From positions 1-30,134 of the IMG/VR virus record IMGVR_UViG_3300037420_001196: a stretch of DNA of 30,134 nucleotides. One strand, written 5' to 3'. This document shows positions 7,046-16,884 of the stretch, in pieces. Position 1 is the stretch's first letter, and the number at the start of each line of letters is the position of its first letter. Origin of the DNA: a virus (taxonomy: Duplodnaviria > Caudoviricetes). The notes beneath the pieces were generated by a model. It searched no databases, was not told the origin of the DNA, and saw only the letters and a list, made by a program, of their open reading frames with translations. The position numbers and the translations under genes were made by a program.

Positions 7046-9082
7046 TTACGAGACGAGTTCGATGCAGTTGAGGACGGGGACGCTGGACGCACCCACGCTT
7101 GCCTGGAATGCGATTTTTTGACCGGATTGGGCGAAAGTGGATTTCAAATTCTCATACCCGATTGCGAGCGGGATTTCCCCAATCGATTGCAAAGAGGTCC
7201 CGACTTTCTTGATAACCAAAGCGCGGGGCGATCCTTGAGCGTGATTCATATACAGCCACGTATATGCACCGCTGAGTTTGCAGGAATATCCAACCTCGTT
7301 GACCCGCAAGTCGGACTTCAATCGACCGATTCTGGAGATCGTGCTGCCCGACCTGGTGTACCCATCCAGGTACGACTGCACCCCAGTGGTGTTTGAGTAG
7401 TTCAGGACCGGCCAATAATCGGATGCTGGTTCCGTCAGGTACTGAACTGAGCTGCTTATACTGGCCGGCCCGATGGGTGCGTTCGCTGGTGTGCTCGAAC
7501 CACTTACCGTCAGGACGGATTGCCTCCAGTCGTTATTGCTGTTCTGGTAGGAAAATAGCACCTCCGTTGCGGACAAGGGGTACCCGGTCCGCACCGTTGA
7601 GCTGCCGTTGTTTGTGCCAGTCGATACCGCAATAGACAAATGCGCCGCCGCGGACACCGTCAAAGTGATCGTCGATAGCGCGATTGCATAAAAATTATAG
7701 TTCGTGCCACTGTCCCATCCTGCGGCTGCCAATTGCGTACCACTGCAAACAACGACCTCGATGTCATTGCCCGCCCCGCCTGCAGAAAAAGTAGCGGTCG
7801 CGCCAGGAGTGATCGTGGTTCCCGCAACAGATACCGCTGCGATGCGGGCGGTTGATGACGAATTCTCGACACCCCATATTACGGCTCTAGTTGCGTCGAT
7901 GACAGCGGTACGCACGTTTTGCACGACGCCGGTAAACCCAGTAACCGCGGCGACTGTCGTCGCGCTAATGGCCGCAGTCGTACCGCTGAACGTAACAGCA
8001 GCAGCTTGAATGTCGGTAGAGCCATTTTGAGCGGCGAGCACATGGAGAGAGGCCGAGCACGCAGCGACGTATTTCGCGTAACTTGACCCGACTAATGCAC
8101 CCGACCACGCTAACGATGCCACAGTGCCGAGAGAAGGCGTCGCGGTCGCGGTCGTAAAGGTGACAACGGCCGCCTTAAGATTCGATCCACTTTTCCATTT
8201 CACGCCCGCTGTCGTCGCGGTAACTGCATGTACTTCACAGGCGTCGCTGATACTTGCCGCCTCAATCAGAAATGGCGTGCCGACCTCCCCTGTTGAGGGA
8301 TTCGCCGCAACGATATATAGATGGTTCGATCCGTTATTGACGAGAAAAACAGCCAAGGTCGATGAGAGGATCGCCGCCGATATGTGATATGGCTGGTGCG
8401 ACGCGACGGCATACCCGTCCAGGCGCTTTGCGACCGTAGGCATGCCGACCGCGCCTTCGCGATCGAACACCCATTTCCCGGCAACGCTGCTAATGTCCCG
8501 GCACGCAACGATGGTCGACGACCTGGGCGGGATCACGTATTTCAGCGTTCCCGCGCCATCTCGCACACCGACCGGTAAATCGCTCGGGTTCTCCAGAAGA
8601 AAGTGCGACTTCTTGATGGTCAGCGTATTCGCGGCAGGTAGCGTGAAACACTGGCCGTATTCAGTCGGCGTCATCGACTGGATGTATGCCGATGTTGACG
8701 TGAGTGTGACGGAAGCAGTTGACGTCGCGACAGTGATCGTCTCAGCCACGCGCGACCAGTTCGCCCCCTCGACCGGGGTATTCCCAATGTTGCCATTGAC
8801 ATTCGAAATCCAGAATTCACCGTTATAGGTAACGCTGTCTCCTTGCGCATAGGTTGCGCCAGCAGAGTAGGCGCCCTTATACGAATCAATGTTCTTGGCC
8901 GCTGCCGCTGCCGCAGCCTCCAACGCATTCGCGTAGGCGTTGGAGGCGAGCCCGTACATTTCCGGCACCAGATTGTTTTTCTGGTAGTCCGCCCATGTCG
9001 TTGCGCGCGAGTTGAACGTCGATCTGTCGGAACGGTCCGGCGCCGTTGGCGCTGGCGTTGGCACTGTCGGTACTGTAGGCAT
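7046..9082 (-). CDS. Tail fibre / receptor-binding protein (678 aa)
   Basis: Start MPTVPTVPTPAP (TAATG overlap); CBM5/12-like YSAGATYAQGDSVTYNGEFW; ~50-aa beta repeats in the C-terminal half. Confidence 0.75.
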   Translation of the reverse strand: MPTVPTVPTPAPTAPDRSDRSTFNSRATTWADYQKNNLVPEMYGLASNAYANALEAAAAAAAKNIDSYKGAYSAGATYAQGDSVTYNGEFWISNVNGNIGNTPVEGANWSRVAETITVATSTASVTLTSTSAYIQSMTPTEYGQCFTLPAANTLTIKKSHFLLENPSDLPVGVRDGAGTLKYVIPPRSSTIVACRDISSVAGKWVFDREGAVGMPTVAKRLDGYAVASHQPYHISAAILSSTLAVFLVNNGSNHLYIVAANPSTGEVGTPFLIEAASISDACEVHAVTATTAGVKWKSGSNLKAAVVTFTTATATPSLGTVASLAWSGALVGSSYAKYVAACSASLHVLAAQNGSTDIQAAAVTFSGTTAAISATTVAAVTGFTGVVQNVRTAVIDATRAVIWGVENSSSTARIAAVSVAGTTITPGATATFSAGGAGNDIEVVVCSGTQLAAAGWDSGTNYNFYAIALSTITLTVSAAAHLSIAVSTGTNNGSSTVRTGYPLSATEVLFSYQNSNNDWRQSVLTVSGSSTPANAPIGPASISSSVQYLTEPASDYWPVLNYSNTTGVQSYLDGYTRSGSTISRIGRLKSDLRVNEVGYSCKLSGAYTWLYMNHAQGSPRALVIKKVGTSLQSIGEIPLAIGYENLKSTFAQSGQKIAFQASVGASSVPVLNCIELVS

Positions 9083-10002
9083 TACACTAGCCCTTTCACA
9101 TATATTGAAAATACGGCATGACCGTTGCTGTCGTAACCCAACGAGCCAGTGCCAAGGCCAAAGACATTGAGTCCGGCAAATCCCGGCGCGTCGGTAGCAA
9201 TCCATGCGGCCGGCACGGACAGCACTTCCTGCATGGTTGATAGCGCATAGTCCGCAGACTCGCGCGGCATTACGACGCGCACGCGCATGTCCGTCGCATT
9301 CCTCCGCTTCTTGATGCTTGTCGTGCCGTCAAATTCCGTCTTGATGTAGCTGAAATCGACAGGCTCTGCCGTTGCCCCGTACTCGGTACCGCCCCATTCG
9401 GCGTCTCCAATCAGGAGACGCATATCGCCGATCGCGATCATCCCTGCACTGACAGTGGTACCAGCCGTTGCCGTGATTGAGATCGTGAGCTCGGCCTCGG
9501 GATACGGGACAATGTCACGCAGAACGAGCTTTGAGAGCGGCCTAATTGGAGAGAACAGCCATTCGTACCAGTCGATCGGCGGCTCCTGCAGGCTTCCGGA
9601 GTAGGAGAAGATCACCGTTCCGCCAGGCGCATCCTTGACGATCGCGCTGATGTCCGCTCCATCCATACCGTAGAACGCAACCGCATTGAAAAATCCAGGT
9701 TGCAGCACGTATGTCAGGGGCGTAACTGCACTGCTCGGCGTGCTTACTTCATTGTCGAAGGCCGCCCAGCGCAATGTCGGGCCAACGTCGAGCCAATTTA
9801 CGGTGTCGTTTTCCGGAAGCGTGGTCACACCTATGTGAGCTTTGACGCACTCGTAGACGCGATGCGTGGTTGTGCGAATTCGACGGTCACTCAATGCGTA
9901 CGTTCCGCCAGAGACCCATGCTGTTTCCCCTGAAGCGGGTTCAGCAATAGTGCTACTGACCAGCATGGAATCAGTGATCGTGATAGGGACTAGGACGTTC
10001 AT
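9082..10002 (-). CDS. Tail tip / minor tail protein with an N-terminal CBM-like motif
   Basis: Directly after TMP; AWVSGGTYAL..R.....HRVYEC motif; FS.IKTEFDG.T.I.KR region. Confidence 0.7.
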   Translation of the reverse strand: MNVLVPITITDSMLVSSTIAEPASGETAWVSGGTYALSDRRIRTTTHRVYECVKAHIGVTTLPENDTVNWLDVGPTLRWAAFDNEVSTPSSAVTPLTYVLQPGFFNAVAFYGMDGADISAIVKDAPGGTVIFSYSGSLQEPPIDWYEWLFSPIRPLSKLVLRDIVPYPEAELTISITATAGTTVSAGMIAIGDMRLLIGDAEWGGTEYGATAEPVDFSYIKTEFDGTTSIKKRRNATDMRVRVVMPRESADYALSTMQEVLSVPAAWIATDAPGFAGLNVFGLGTGSLGYDSNGHAVFSIYVKGLV

Positions 10003-13000
10003 TCTGCCGTCTCCACGAGCATCGGAGCCTCAGGATTGCCATTCACTGCGTTTGCAGTGCGCAGCAGGTGCTCATTCCCTTTATCAGTCGCGGCGCGCAA
10101 CTTTTCGACCTCCTTGGTCAACGCGACCACCAGCCCCTCCAGGCGGCGCGTGTCCCCGCCACCCCCGCTCAGCATGCGAGCCGTCTGCGATGCGTTCCAG
10201 TAGCGCGCCGGGCCAGTCGCCTCAATCTCCCACCCGCGCTCGCCGACGATACGCAAGCCGCCCAAGTGATCACCGCCGGCAGCGAATTTCGGGATGCTGT
10301 TCTGCAGCTTCTCCCACGCCGATTGAGACGTTCCGTAGGCGGACTGAAACGCTGACGCAGTATCCGAATACGCACCAAGCTTGACCAAGTCATTTGCAAC
10401 CCGCATCTTCTCCGCGTAATCGTTGATGCCAGGGATGACGAGAGGTGCATTTACGCCGTTCGTGGCGCCGTAGGCTGTTATTTGGTTCATCAACGCGCTG
10501 CCGTCTGGGTTGATGTCAGCCCTTGTGCTTGCGGTCGCCGAAGCAGTCTTTGCCGCGTTCACAGCGGCATTGAATGCTGTCAGCGCAACCTCAACTGACT
10601 TGATCGAGATGTCGATTCCATTGAGCGCGTCGATCTGAAGCTGGGCGGCACTTAAGATGCCATCCAGGCGCTGCATCTCGCCCGTGTACAGTTGCTCGGC
10701 AAGCTTCTTCTGATCCTCCAGCGTTTTCAGCGACCGCTCTTCCACAGAAAGTTGGCTATCGGTCAGCTCGGACAGCGCCGAGACGTTGTTTCTGTCGACC
10801 ATGAAATCGCGCTGGAAGTCGACGAACGTCTTGTAAAGCTGCTCGTTCGGTTGGGATACGATGTCCAAGGCTGAGCGCAGCGAATCGGCATCCGGCAACA
10901 CTCCGCCGGCGCGCGCGATCGCCAAGGCGGCGGCGATCTGTGCGGATGCCGCCGCCCTATCTGCCCCCGCTTCTGACGGAAGTCGCATCTTGTCGACAGT
11001 CGCCTTCAGCGAGTCAGACAGGCCTTTCAGCTTGTCGACCGACTTGGTGACGTCATCGATACGCCCCTGGATCATCTCCATGGCCTTGTCATGCGCCTTC
11101 GTTGCTGCATCGCGCTCCCGGTCGACCGCTCGCTGCAGAACACCAAACTGGTCGGAGACGATCTTCTTGGCGTTCTCGATCGCGTCTTTCTCATCCTGTA
11201 GTGCCCAAACGCGCTTCTGCAGCGGCCGCAGCGATTCGTCCATGGCCTTCAGTTCCTGCGCGCGCGTGATCGCGAGCGCCGCTCCCTTTCTTCCCTGCAG
11301 TTCGAGAATCTGCGCTTCAAGCCCGCTCCTGCTCGACGCTATCCTGTCAGCGGCTGTTGTCACCGTATCAAATGCTCCCGCCAGCTTCAGCAAGGCGGCC
11401 ACGGCAGGCGCACCTTCTACACCGAGAGCAATCTGTGATTCAACGAGTGCACGGAAGCCTTCTTTCGTCGCCGGCATTTTCAAATTCAATCCCGAAAGCG
11501 CATCGCTCACTTGTTTCGTGGCGAAGGCAACCTTTTCGCTGTCGGAGTAGAAGGATTCGTAGTACGAGTTCGCCGCAGAAGCCATTGCGTCGGGCCCGCC
11601 GGAGGCATTAATCAGCGCGCTGACTGCCTGATCGTTCAGTTTCGAAAAGCCGGGAATCGCCTTGCCCAGGGCGACCAGCGCCGTCTGCGTGGCGTTGATC
11701 TTGTCGACCACAGCACCAAGATCGGTGATGGACGGCGCATCGCCCAAGGCGTTGAGCATGCTCTTCGCCCAGCCAGGCAGGCCGATGTCATCCAGCGCCG
11801 TGCGCACAGACCCGGCCAACTCGGCCAGGTACTGATTGCGCCCGGCCTCGCCGTCGGCATACTCGCGCGGCGCCCACCTGCTCTGCCTGTTCGCGTCCCA
11901 GTTGATCAGATCCTTGCCGCCCTTTTGAATCAGCAGCGCACCCCATGCGCCGTCCTTCGATGTGTCGTCGGCAAAGGCGGTAGCTGCGATGTATCCCGCC
12001 TGCTTGCCAAACGTCGCGGCAGTGCCGTTGAGGATGTTGACGATGCCTGTGGCAAGGCCAGTTGCCGCAGTATTGGCGTCCTTCGTTGTTGCAATGTCCA
12101 TGAAGCCGAGCGCACGCGCATCGATGGTGCTCGACCCGCCGGCGCTGGCAGTCGCCGCTCCGCCGGTGTGCTTCGTGCCGGAGTGGTCAAATCCCTTGAC
12201 AATTGAGTAGATTGCCGCAGCAGCGGCCAGGTACGGGGCGGCCGTGGCCAGCGTCGATCCGAACGACGATGCACTGGACGATAGAAGCGCCTCGCCGCCT
12301 TCCGCCGAGACCCAGCCGGTACCGCCGACCCCGGTGCTCACCGCGGCAGTTCCGCCGCTCGCAAGCGTAGAACCGTACTGGTACAGCTGGCCGGCCGTGT
12401 TGCCGAACGACGACATGCTAGTCGCCGCGCTATAGAGGTTCGAGCCGGCATTAACCAAGTTCGCGCCTTGGAAGATATTGCCGGCGGCGCTGCCGCCATT
12501 CATCCCGACAGCGTTCAGCCCGATATTTACGGCACCCTGAATAACCGGGCGCAGCACGAGGGTGCGGAAATAATCCTTCAGGTATTCGCCAGCATTCTTC
12601 CCGCCACGCATGAGCGAATCCGTCAGCGCACGGCTCATATCCTCGAACGACTTCTGAGACTCTTTCGTCGCGTCGTCGACCATGTCGACCATCGCCTGCT
12701 TCGTCGCACCTAAGCGCTTCTGGTCAGCGAGGTCGCGAAGGGCTTTTGCTTGCGCCTTGTACAGGTCGTACTGCTGCTCGTCCAGGTCCTTATCGAGCTT
12801 CTTGATCGCGATGCCTTCGAGAGTCGTTGCCTGATCCTCCAGCTTGGCCGCTTCAAGCGCGGCAATGGCTTCCTTGCTCAGGCCGATTTCCGCGTTGTGT
12901 ACGCGCTGCGCTTCAACGTTTTCTTGCAGCTTTTTCAGGTCGCCAGCCATCGCATCGATGTATTTGACGTGCGCCTGCGCGGCCTCCAGCGTTGCCTTTG

Positions 13001-14459
13001 CCGCCAGCTTTTTTGCATCGGCGTTCTGCTCCTCAAGCAAAAGCAGGTTGAGCATGCCAGCAAGACGAATCTTTTCCTTTTCCGTGAGCTTGAGTGTTCC
13101 GTCACGGAGATCCACCATCGTTTTCAGCGCCAACTTCTGGCCGTCGGTGAGCGCGCCGGCAGTTTCCGCCTCCATCTTCTCAGCAGCGATCTTTTCGTTG
13201 ATCGCGCGGATCAACTTCTCATACTCAGAGACCTTTTCTTTGCCGCCTTTGTCAGCAATATTGGTGAAGTCCAGGCCCTTTTTATCTTCCCCAAAATATG
13301 CATCTCGCAATGCGACCATGGCCGCCTGCTGCGTCTTTAGGTCGTAGCCGGCGTACGCCTTCATTACATCCGAAACAGCCTGCTGATAGTCGGCGATGGC
13401 TTGCTTCTTCGCGTTCGCCGTCTTTTCAAAAGCGGCGAACAACTTATCGCCTAGAAGAGGCTTTAACAAGAGGTCATCCAAATCGGCGGACCAAGCCTTA
13501 CCGATGTTGATAGCGCCTTTTAAGTCGCCAGTACCAACGGCAACCATCTGAGCAGCGGCCGCACCAATTGTCTTGCCTATCCCGATAAATACCCGCGCAG
13601 CCCCCTCTCCTGCGTTCATTACAAATGTCAGCGCCTTGATAGCATCGCGCGCCCACTCATCGAGCGTGCCGTCAGCACTCAACTTGCGAATCTCGGCACG
13701 CAAACCACCAGAGCCATTCATTGTGGCCAGCCAAGCCTCGGAGAGGTCGTTCATCGCCGGAAGAATGCCCATCGCAAGCTCTTTCTTCCACGCGTCGCCG
13801 CTGGACTTCAGCTTTAGCAGATTGTCGGAAAAGTTATCCGCCATCGCTGCCTGTTCCGTCGTCACTTTCGCTTGCAACTCTCCCGTTTGAGCGAGGTCCT
13901 TCAAGAACGGCAGCAGCTTTGCCCCCTCCTTTCCGTACAGAGCCATCGCCACTGCACTCTTCCCCGTCCCGTCCTCGAACTTGTCCATGGCCTTGGCAAC
14001 CATCTGCATCTGCTGGTCGGGAGACAACCTCTTGAACGTCTCGAAATTGATGCCGAGGGCCTCGATTGCCTTGCCAGCACCGCGGCTCTCATCGGTCGCA
14101 CCAGCCATGTTCTTGGCAAGCAAGTTCATCGACGTCGCAATCTGCTGCGCACCGACGTCTGAGTATTTGCCTACAGACGCAAGCCCAGTAAGCGCCTCCA
14201 CTGTTGCCCCAGTTTGAATGCTGAGATCATGGAGCGCGGCGGCACTTTCGACGCTGCTCTTGACGATCTGTGTGAACGCGGCGACTGAAATTCCTGCGGC
14301 CAGCCCAGAGATGAGCCCGCCAAGAGCAGCCTTAGCAACCCCAATGCTCTTGTCGATTGCGCTCATTGCCCCCGAGACGGCAGATTGAGCACGGTCCATG
14401 TCTGCCTTGATACGAGCGACATCGGCGTAGAGCTGAATTTCTAACTGGCCCGCAATCAT
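9999..14459 (-). CDS. Tail tape measure protein (1486 aa)
   Basis: Long Ala-rich helical protein after the tail chaperones; start MIAGQLEIQL; C-terminal FAAGG.H.GG.RIVGERG.E. Confidence 0.95.
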   Translation of the reverse strand: MIAGQLEIQLYADVARIKADMDRAQSAVSGAMSAIDKSIGVAKAALGGLISGLAAGISVAAFTQIVKSSVESAAALHDLSIQTGATVEALTGLASVGKYSDVGAQQIATSMNLLAKNMAGATDESRGAGKAIEALGINFETFKRLSPDQQMQMVAKAMDKFEDGTGKSAVAMALYGKEGAKLLPFLKDLAQTGELQAKVTTEQAAMADNFSDNLLKLKSSGDAWKKELAMGILPAMNDLSEAWLATMNGSGGLRAEIRKLSADGTLDEWARDAIKALTFVMNAGEGAARVFIGIGKTIGAAAAQMVAVGTGDLKGAINIGKAWSADLDDLLLKPLLGDKLFAAFEKTANAKKQAIADYQQAVSDVMKAYAGYDLKTQQAAMVALRDAYFGEDKKGLDFTNIADKGGKEKVSEYEKLIRAINEKIAAEKMEAETAGALTDGQKLALKTMVDLRDGTLKLTEKEKIRLAGMLNLLLLEEQNADAKKLAAKATLEAAQAHVKYIDAMAGDLKKLQENVEAQRVHNAEIGLSKEAIAALEAAKLEDQATTLEGIAIKKLDKDLDEQQYDLYKAQAKALRDLADQKRLGATKQAMVDMVDDATKESQKSFEDMSRALTDSLMRGGKNAGEYLKDYFRTLVLRPVIQGAVNIGLNAVGMNGGSAAGNIFQGANLVNAGSNLYSAATSMSSFGNTAGQLYQYGSTLASGGTAAVSTGVGGTGWVSAEGGEALLSSSASSFGSTLATAAPYLAAAAAIYSIVKGFDHSGTKHTGGAATASAGGSSTIDARALGFMDIATTKDANTAATGLATGIVNILNGTAATFGKQAGYIAATAFADDTSKDGAWGALLIQKGGKDLINWDANRQSRWAPREYADGEAGRNQYLAELAGSVRTALDDIGLPGWAKSMLNALGDAPSITDLGAVVDKINATQTALVALGKAIPGFSKLNDQAVSALINASGGPDAMASAANSYYESFYSDSEKVAFATKQVSDALSGLNLKMPATKEGFRALVESQIALGVEGAPAVAALLKLAGAFDTVTTAADRIASSRSGLEAQILELQGRKGAALAITRAQELKAMDESLRPLQKRVWALQDEKDAIENAKKIVSDQFGVLQRAVDRERDAATKAHDKAMEMIQGRIDDVTKSVDKLKGLSDSLKATVDKMRLPSEAGADRAAASAQIAAALAIARAGGVLPDADSLRSALDIVSQPNEQLYKTFVDFQRDFMVDRNNVSALSELTDSQLSVEERSLKTLEDQKKLAEQLYTGEMQRLDGILSAAQLQIDALNGIDISIKSVEVALTAFNAAVNAAKTASATASTRADINPDGSALMNQITAYGATNGVNAPLVIPGINDYAEKMRVANDLVKLGAYSDTASAFQSAYGTSQSAWEKLQNSIPKFAAGGDHLGGLRIVGERGWEIEATGPARYWNASQTARMLSGGGGDTRRLEGLVVALTKEVEKLRAATDKGNEHLLRTANAVNGNPEAPMLVETAE

Positions 14460-14471
14460 CGTTTGCCCAAT

Positions 14472-14503
14472 AAAAAACCCGCCCAAGTTGCCCTGGACGG
14501 GTT
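14472..14503 (-). terminator. Intrinsic terminator-like hairpin upstream of TMP
   Basis: Minus strand AACCCGTCCA-loop-TGGGCGGGTTTTTT. Confidence 0.65.
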
Positions 14504-14510
14504 GATAAAT

Positions 14511-14537
14511 AAAAAAAGCCGGCGATTACGCCGGCTT
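14511..14537 (-). terminator. Intrinsic terminator after the moron gene
   Basis: Minus strand AAGCCGGCG-TAAT-CGCCGGCTTTTTTT. Confidence 0.8.
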
Positions 14538-14556
14538 CCTTGAAGGTCTATTTCAC

Positions 14557-14883
14557 CTAGTTGTCGCTACAGTGCTTTGTCCAAATGTCATCTGCAAACT
14601 CTTCATTACTTCCTTCGATTCTCACTACCCCTACAGGCCAGAGCGCGTAGAACCGCCTAAACCCGACATAACCGCCAAACGAGTTCTTGGCATTCACCTC
14701 GCCACATAAGTACATGCCGTCTTCTCGTGCTTTCAAGTTCTTGAATCGCGCTGATTCAGGATCCTTTAGCTGCCCGGCGACCACGTCCTTTCCCTTTGTA
14801 AGAGCCAACTTCTCCATCTTCTTGTCGGCGGAATATGCAGCCTGGCATAGGCATGCGATAAGGACAAAGATCGTTATTTTCAT
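14557..14883 (-). CDS. Exported moron protein (LKDP.SA.F / CGEVNAKNS.GGY.G family)
   Basis: Signal peptide MKITIFVLIACLCQAAYS; conserved motifs; AT-richer; own terminator. Confidence 0.8.
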   Translation of the reverse strand: MKITIFVLIACLCQAAYSADKKMEKLALTKGKDVVAGQLKDPESARFKNLKAREDGMYLCGEVNAKNSFGGYVGFRRFYALWPVGVVRIEGSNEEFADDIWTKHCSDN

Positions 14884-14958
14884 ACCCCCTCCCATGTGGA
14901 AAGAGAAAATGTTACACCAACGTCAAGACCATTCTTCTAAAAGGGAGGCTCCCGGTGT

Positions 14959-15425
14959 TCACATTTCCACCAGCTTCAGCATCGCCATTTCGAGATCCCT
15001 CGCAGTCGCAAGAAGGTCTACCGGCTCCATGTCTTCCGGCTTCCATGGTGCTGGGCGGTCTGGCTTCGTCGCGTTGTAGGATTCGCTCAGGTAGTCGTTC
15101 GAGAGACGCCGCAAGGTGCGCGCTTCCCAGGGGTTCAGGGAGATGCCGGTCAGTTCCTGCCAGGCCCGAATCTCTTCAAAGGAAATCGGGCCTGCACCCA
15201 TACCGGCCGGGACCGTAGGACCGATCTCGAACAGATAGCCAACCAGATACCCGCCGCATTCGAGTTCCGGCAATTCGGGCACAGCGCCTTTTTCCTCGAT
15301 CACCTCGCGCCGCGACTGTTCCTTTCGCCGCGACGCGCCGGCGTTCTGCTGCGGGTGCTCAGGCACAGCGCTCAACCAGGCGCTGTGCCTGACGTACAAG
15401 CTCAGCTCATCGCTGAGCGCCGTTA
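14959..15425 (-). CDS. Tail assembly chaperone C-terminal (gpT-like) frame, probably made as a -1 frameshift fusion
   Basis: The -1 frame is open from the slippery site: LTALSDELSLYVRHSAW...YLFEIGP...ISFEEIRAWQELTG..L.PWEA. Confidence 0.8.
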
Positions 15426-15824
15426 AAAATTTGCCCAGTCACCATGGAACTTTTCGACCTGCGCGGTGATGTAACCGAGCTTCGGATTTGAGTAGAGCTC
15501 CTTGGGAGAGATCGGGAAGTTCTCAATACGCGCCGTAACTGCGGCAAGCTTGTCAGCTCGTTGCTCGATCTGGCCTTCAAGCGTTTCCTTGATTGGCTTG
15601 CCACGGATCGCGGCGAATGTCTTCGCCTGGTTTGCCGTATCCAGCTTGTGCTGCGCGCTCATGGCCTCCTTGGTGCCGGGGCTACGTACTTCGATACGGA
15701 CCGGCAGGCCGCCGAACAGCAACGGGCCATCGTCCTTCTTGTTCTGGACTTCCAGCCATGCTGTGTCGGAGGCCTCGAAGTCAGCGACGCTAAATACTGC
15801 AACTGCGTTTTCTTGGTTTTCCAT
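15423..15824 (-). CDS. Tail assembly chaperone (gpG-like)
   Basis: Between major tail gene and TMP; ends DWANF-stop on the heptamer A AAT TTT. Confidence 0.85.
   Translation of the reverse strand: MENQENAVAVFSVADFEASDTAWLEVQNKKDDGPLLFGGLPVRIEVRSPGTKEAMSAQHKLDTANQAKTFAAIRGKPIKETLEGQIEQRADKLAAVTARIENFPISPKELYSNPKLGYITAQVEKFHGDWANF
15426..15432 (-). other. -1 programmed ribosomal frameshift heptamer A_AAT_TTT
   Basis: X XXY YYZ at the end of the G ORF; hairpin GCTCAGC-GATGA-GCTGAGC starts 7 nt downstream. Confidence 0.8.
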
Positions 15825-15940
15825 GTTTCTTCCTTTCGCGGGTAATGAAAATGCCCGTGCCCTGCCCGACCGTCCCGCGAAGGACGAGTCAAGCAGGGTC
15901 GGTGCTGGGATAGGCTTGCGCCTGAAGACTGGGTGGTGGA

Positions 15941-16405
15941 TTACGGAGCTGCGACAACAACCGGCTTGCGGCAGATGGCAAGGTCAACAGCGCGCTTGCG
16001 CACATCGTTCACAGCGCCGTCGACAAATTCGGCCTTGGCCACCAGAACATCCATGTAGTGAATCGAGCCGCTCGGGTAGGTAAGCTTGACCGAATAGTGG
16101 TTTGTCGATTCAGCGGCCGTATCGAGAATCGCAAGGCCAGCATCGCCTTCGATATTGCCGATGGTCATGGACATGGTGCCGTAGTTCTTCGAGCCTTTTA
16201 CTTTCGCAACCACGGCGGTATCAACCGGCGTGAATTCCGTGATCGCAGACGTGACGCCGTGGTTACCGTAGTTTTCGATATTGCCGATCGCCGTGTAGAC
16301 CATAGCGGTGGCACCGTAGCCGGCCGCATCGTAAGAGGCCGGGATCGAGGCGCTGATGGCCAGGGTGGCGCCAGAGAGCGTTTGTACAACTGTCGGTGCG
16401 GGCAT
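15941..16405 (-). CDS. Major tail tube protein
   Basis: 154 aa; PASYDAAGY, IGNIENYG..G, KVKGSKNYG; position before the chaperones. Confidence 0.85.
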   Translation of the reverse strand: MPAPTVVQTLSGATLAISASIPASYDAAGYGATAMVYTAIGNIENYGNHGVTSAITEFTPVDTAVVAKVKGSKNYGTMSMTIGNIEGDAGLAILDTAAESTNHYSVKLTYPSGSIHYMDVLVAKAEFVDGAVNDVRKRAVDLAICRKPVVVAAP

Positions 16406-16436
16406 GATTACTTCCTTTCTTTCGGGTGGTCCAAAT

Positions 16437-16460
16437 AAAAAAGCCACCCAAAAGGTGGCT
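16437..16460 (-). terminator. Terminator-like hairpin upstream of the major tail gene
   Basis: Minus strand AGCCACC-TTTTG-GGTGGCTTTTTT. Confidence 0.65.
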
Positions 16461-16485
16461 GTTGGTGAAACGTGGATGAAGCTTG

Positions 16486-16884
16486 TTATTCGTTGTACGT
16501 CACGATGAAGTCTTGGCTTTGCATGTAAATTCCCTCATCGTCGTCGCGGAAGTCCGGTCCCTCGATGTCTGGCAGGATGTCGTCGACATAGACGCCGTTG
16601 ACGGTGCCGCGTGTCCTTGGGAGCGCCGCGCGCACCAGAGCGAGAACCGACTTTTGCGTCGGATAATCCTTCGCCAGGACCGTTACTTGAACGCGCGACG
16701 TACAAAACACGGTCGCCGCCTGCTTGACGGTATTTCGCCGCACGGTCGATATATGCGCAACCGAGATCGCCGGCAGTGCCTCACCTTGCGGAATCGGGCC
16801 GGCGATGATCTTTGCTGCGGGGACAGCGGCGATCAGCGACGCATCGTTTGCCAACAGGTAGCGGACCGCCTTGACATCAGACAT
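16486..16884 (-). CDS. Tail completion/terminator protein (DUF3168-like)
   Basis: 132 aa; P....LPAI....IS, RVQVTV; located just before the major tail gene. Confidence 0.8.
   Translation of the reverse strand: MSDVKAVRYLLANDASLIAAVPAAKIIAGPIPQGEALPAISVAHISTVRRNTVKQAATVFCTSRVQVTVLAKDYPTQKSVLALVRAALPRTRGTVNGVYVDDILPDIEGPDFRDDDEGIYMQSQDFIVTYNE

Noticed and set aside
6446-9082. Invertible tail-fibre (shufflon/Gin-type) system
   Set aside because: No invertase gene, inverted fibre copy or flanking inverted repeats seen.
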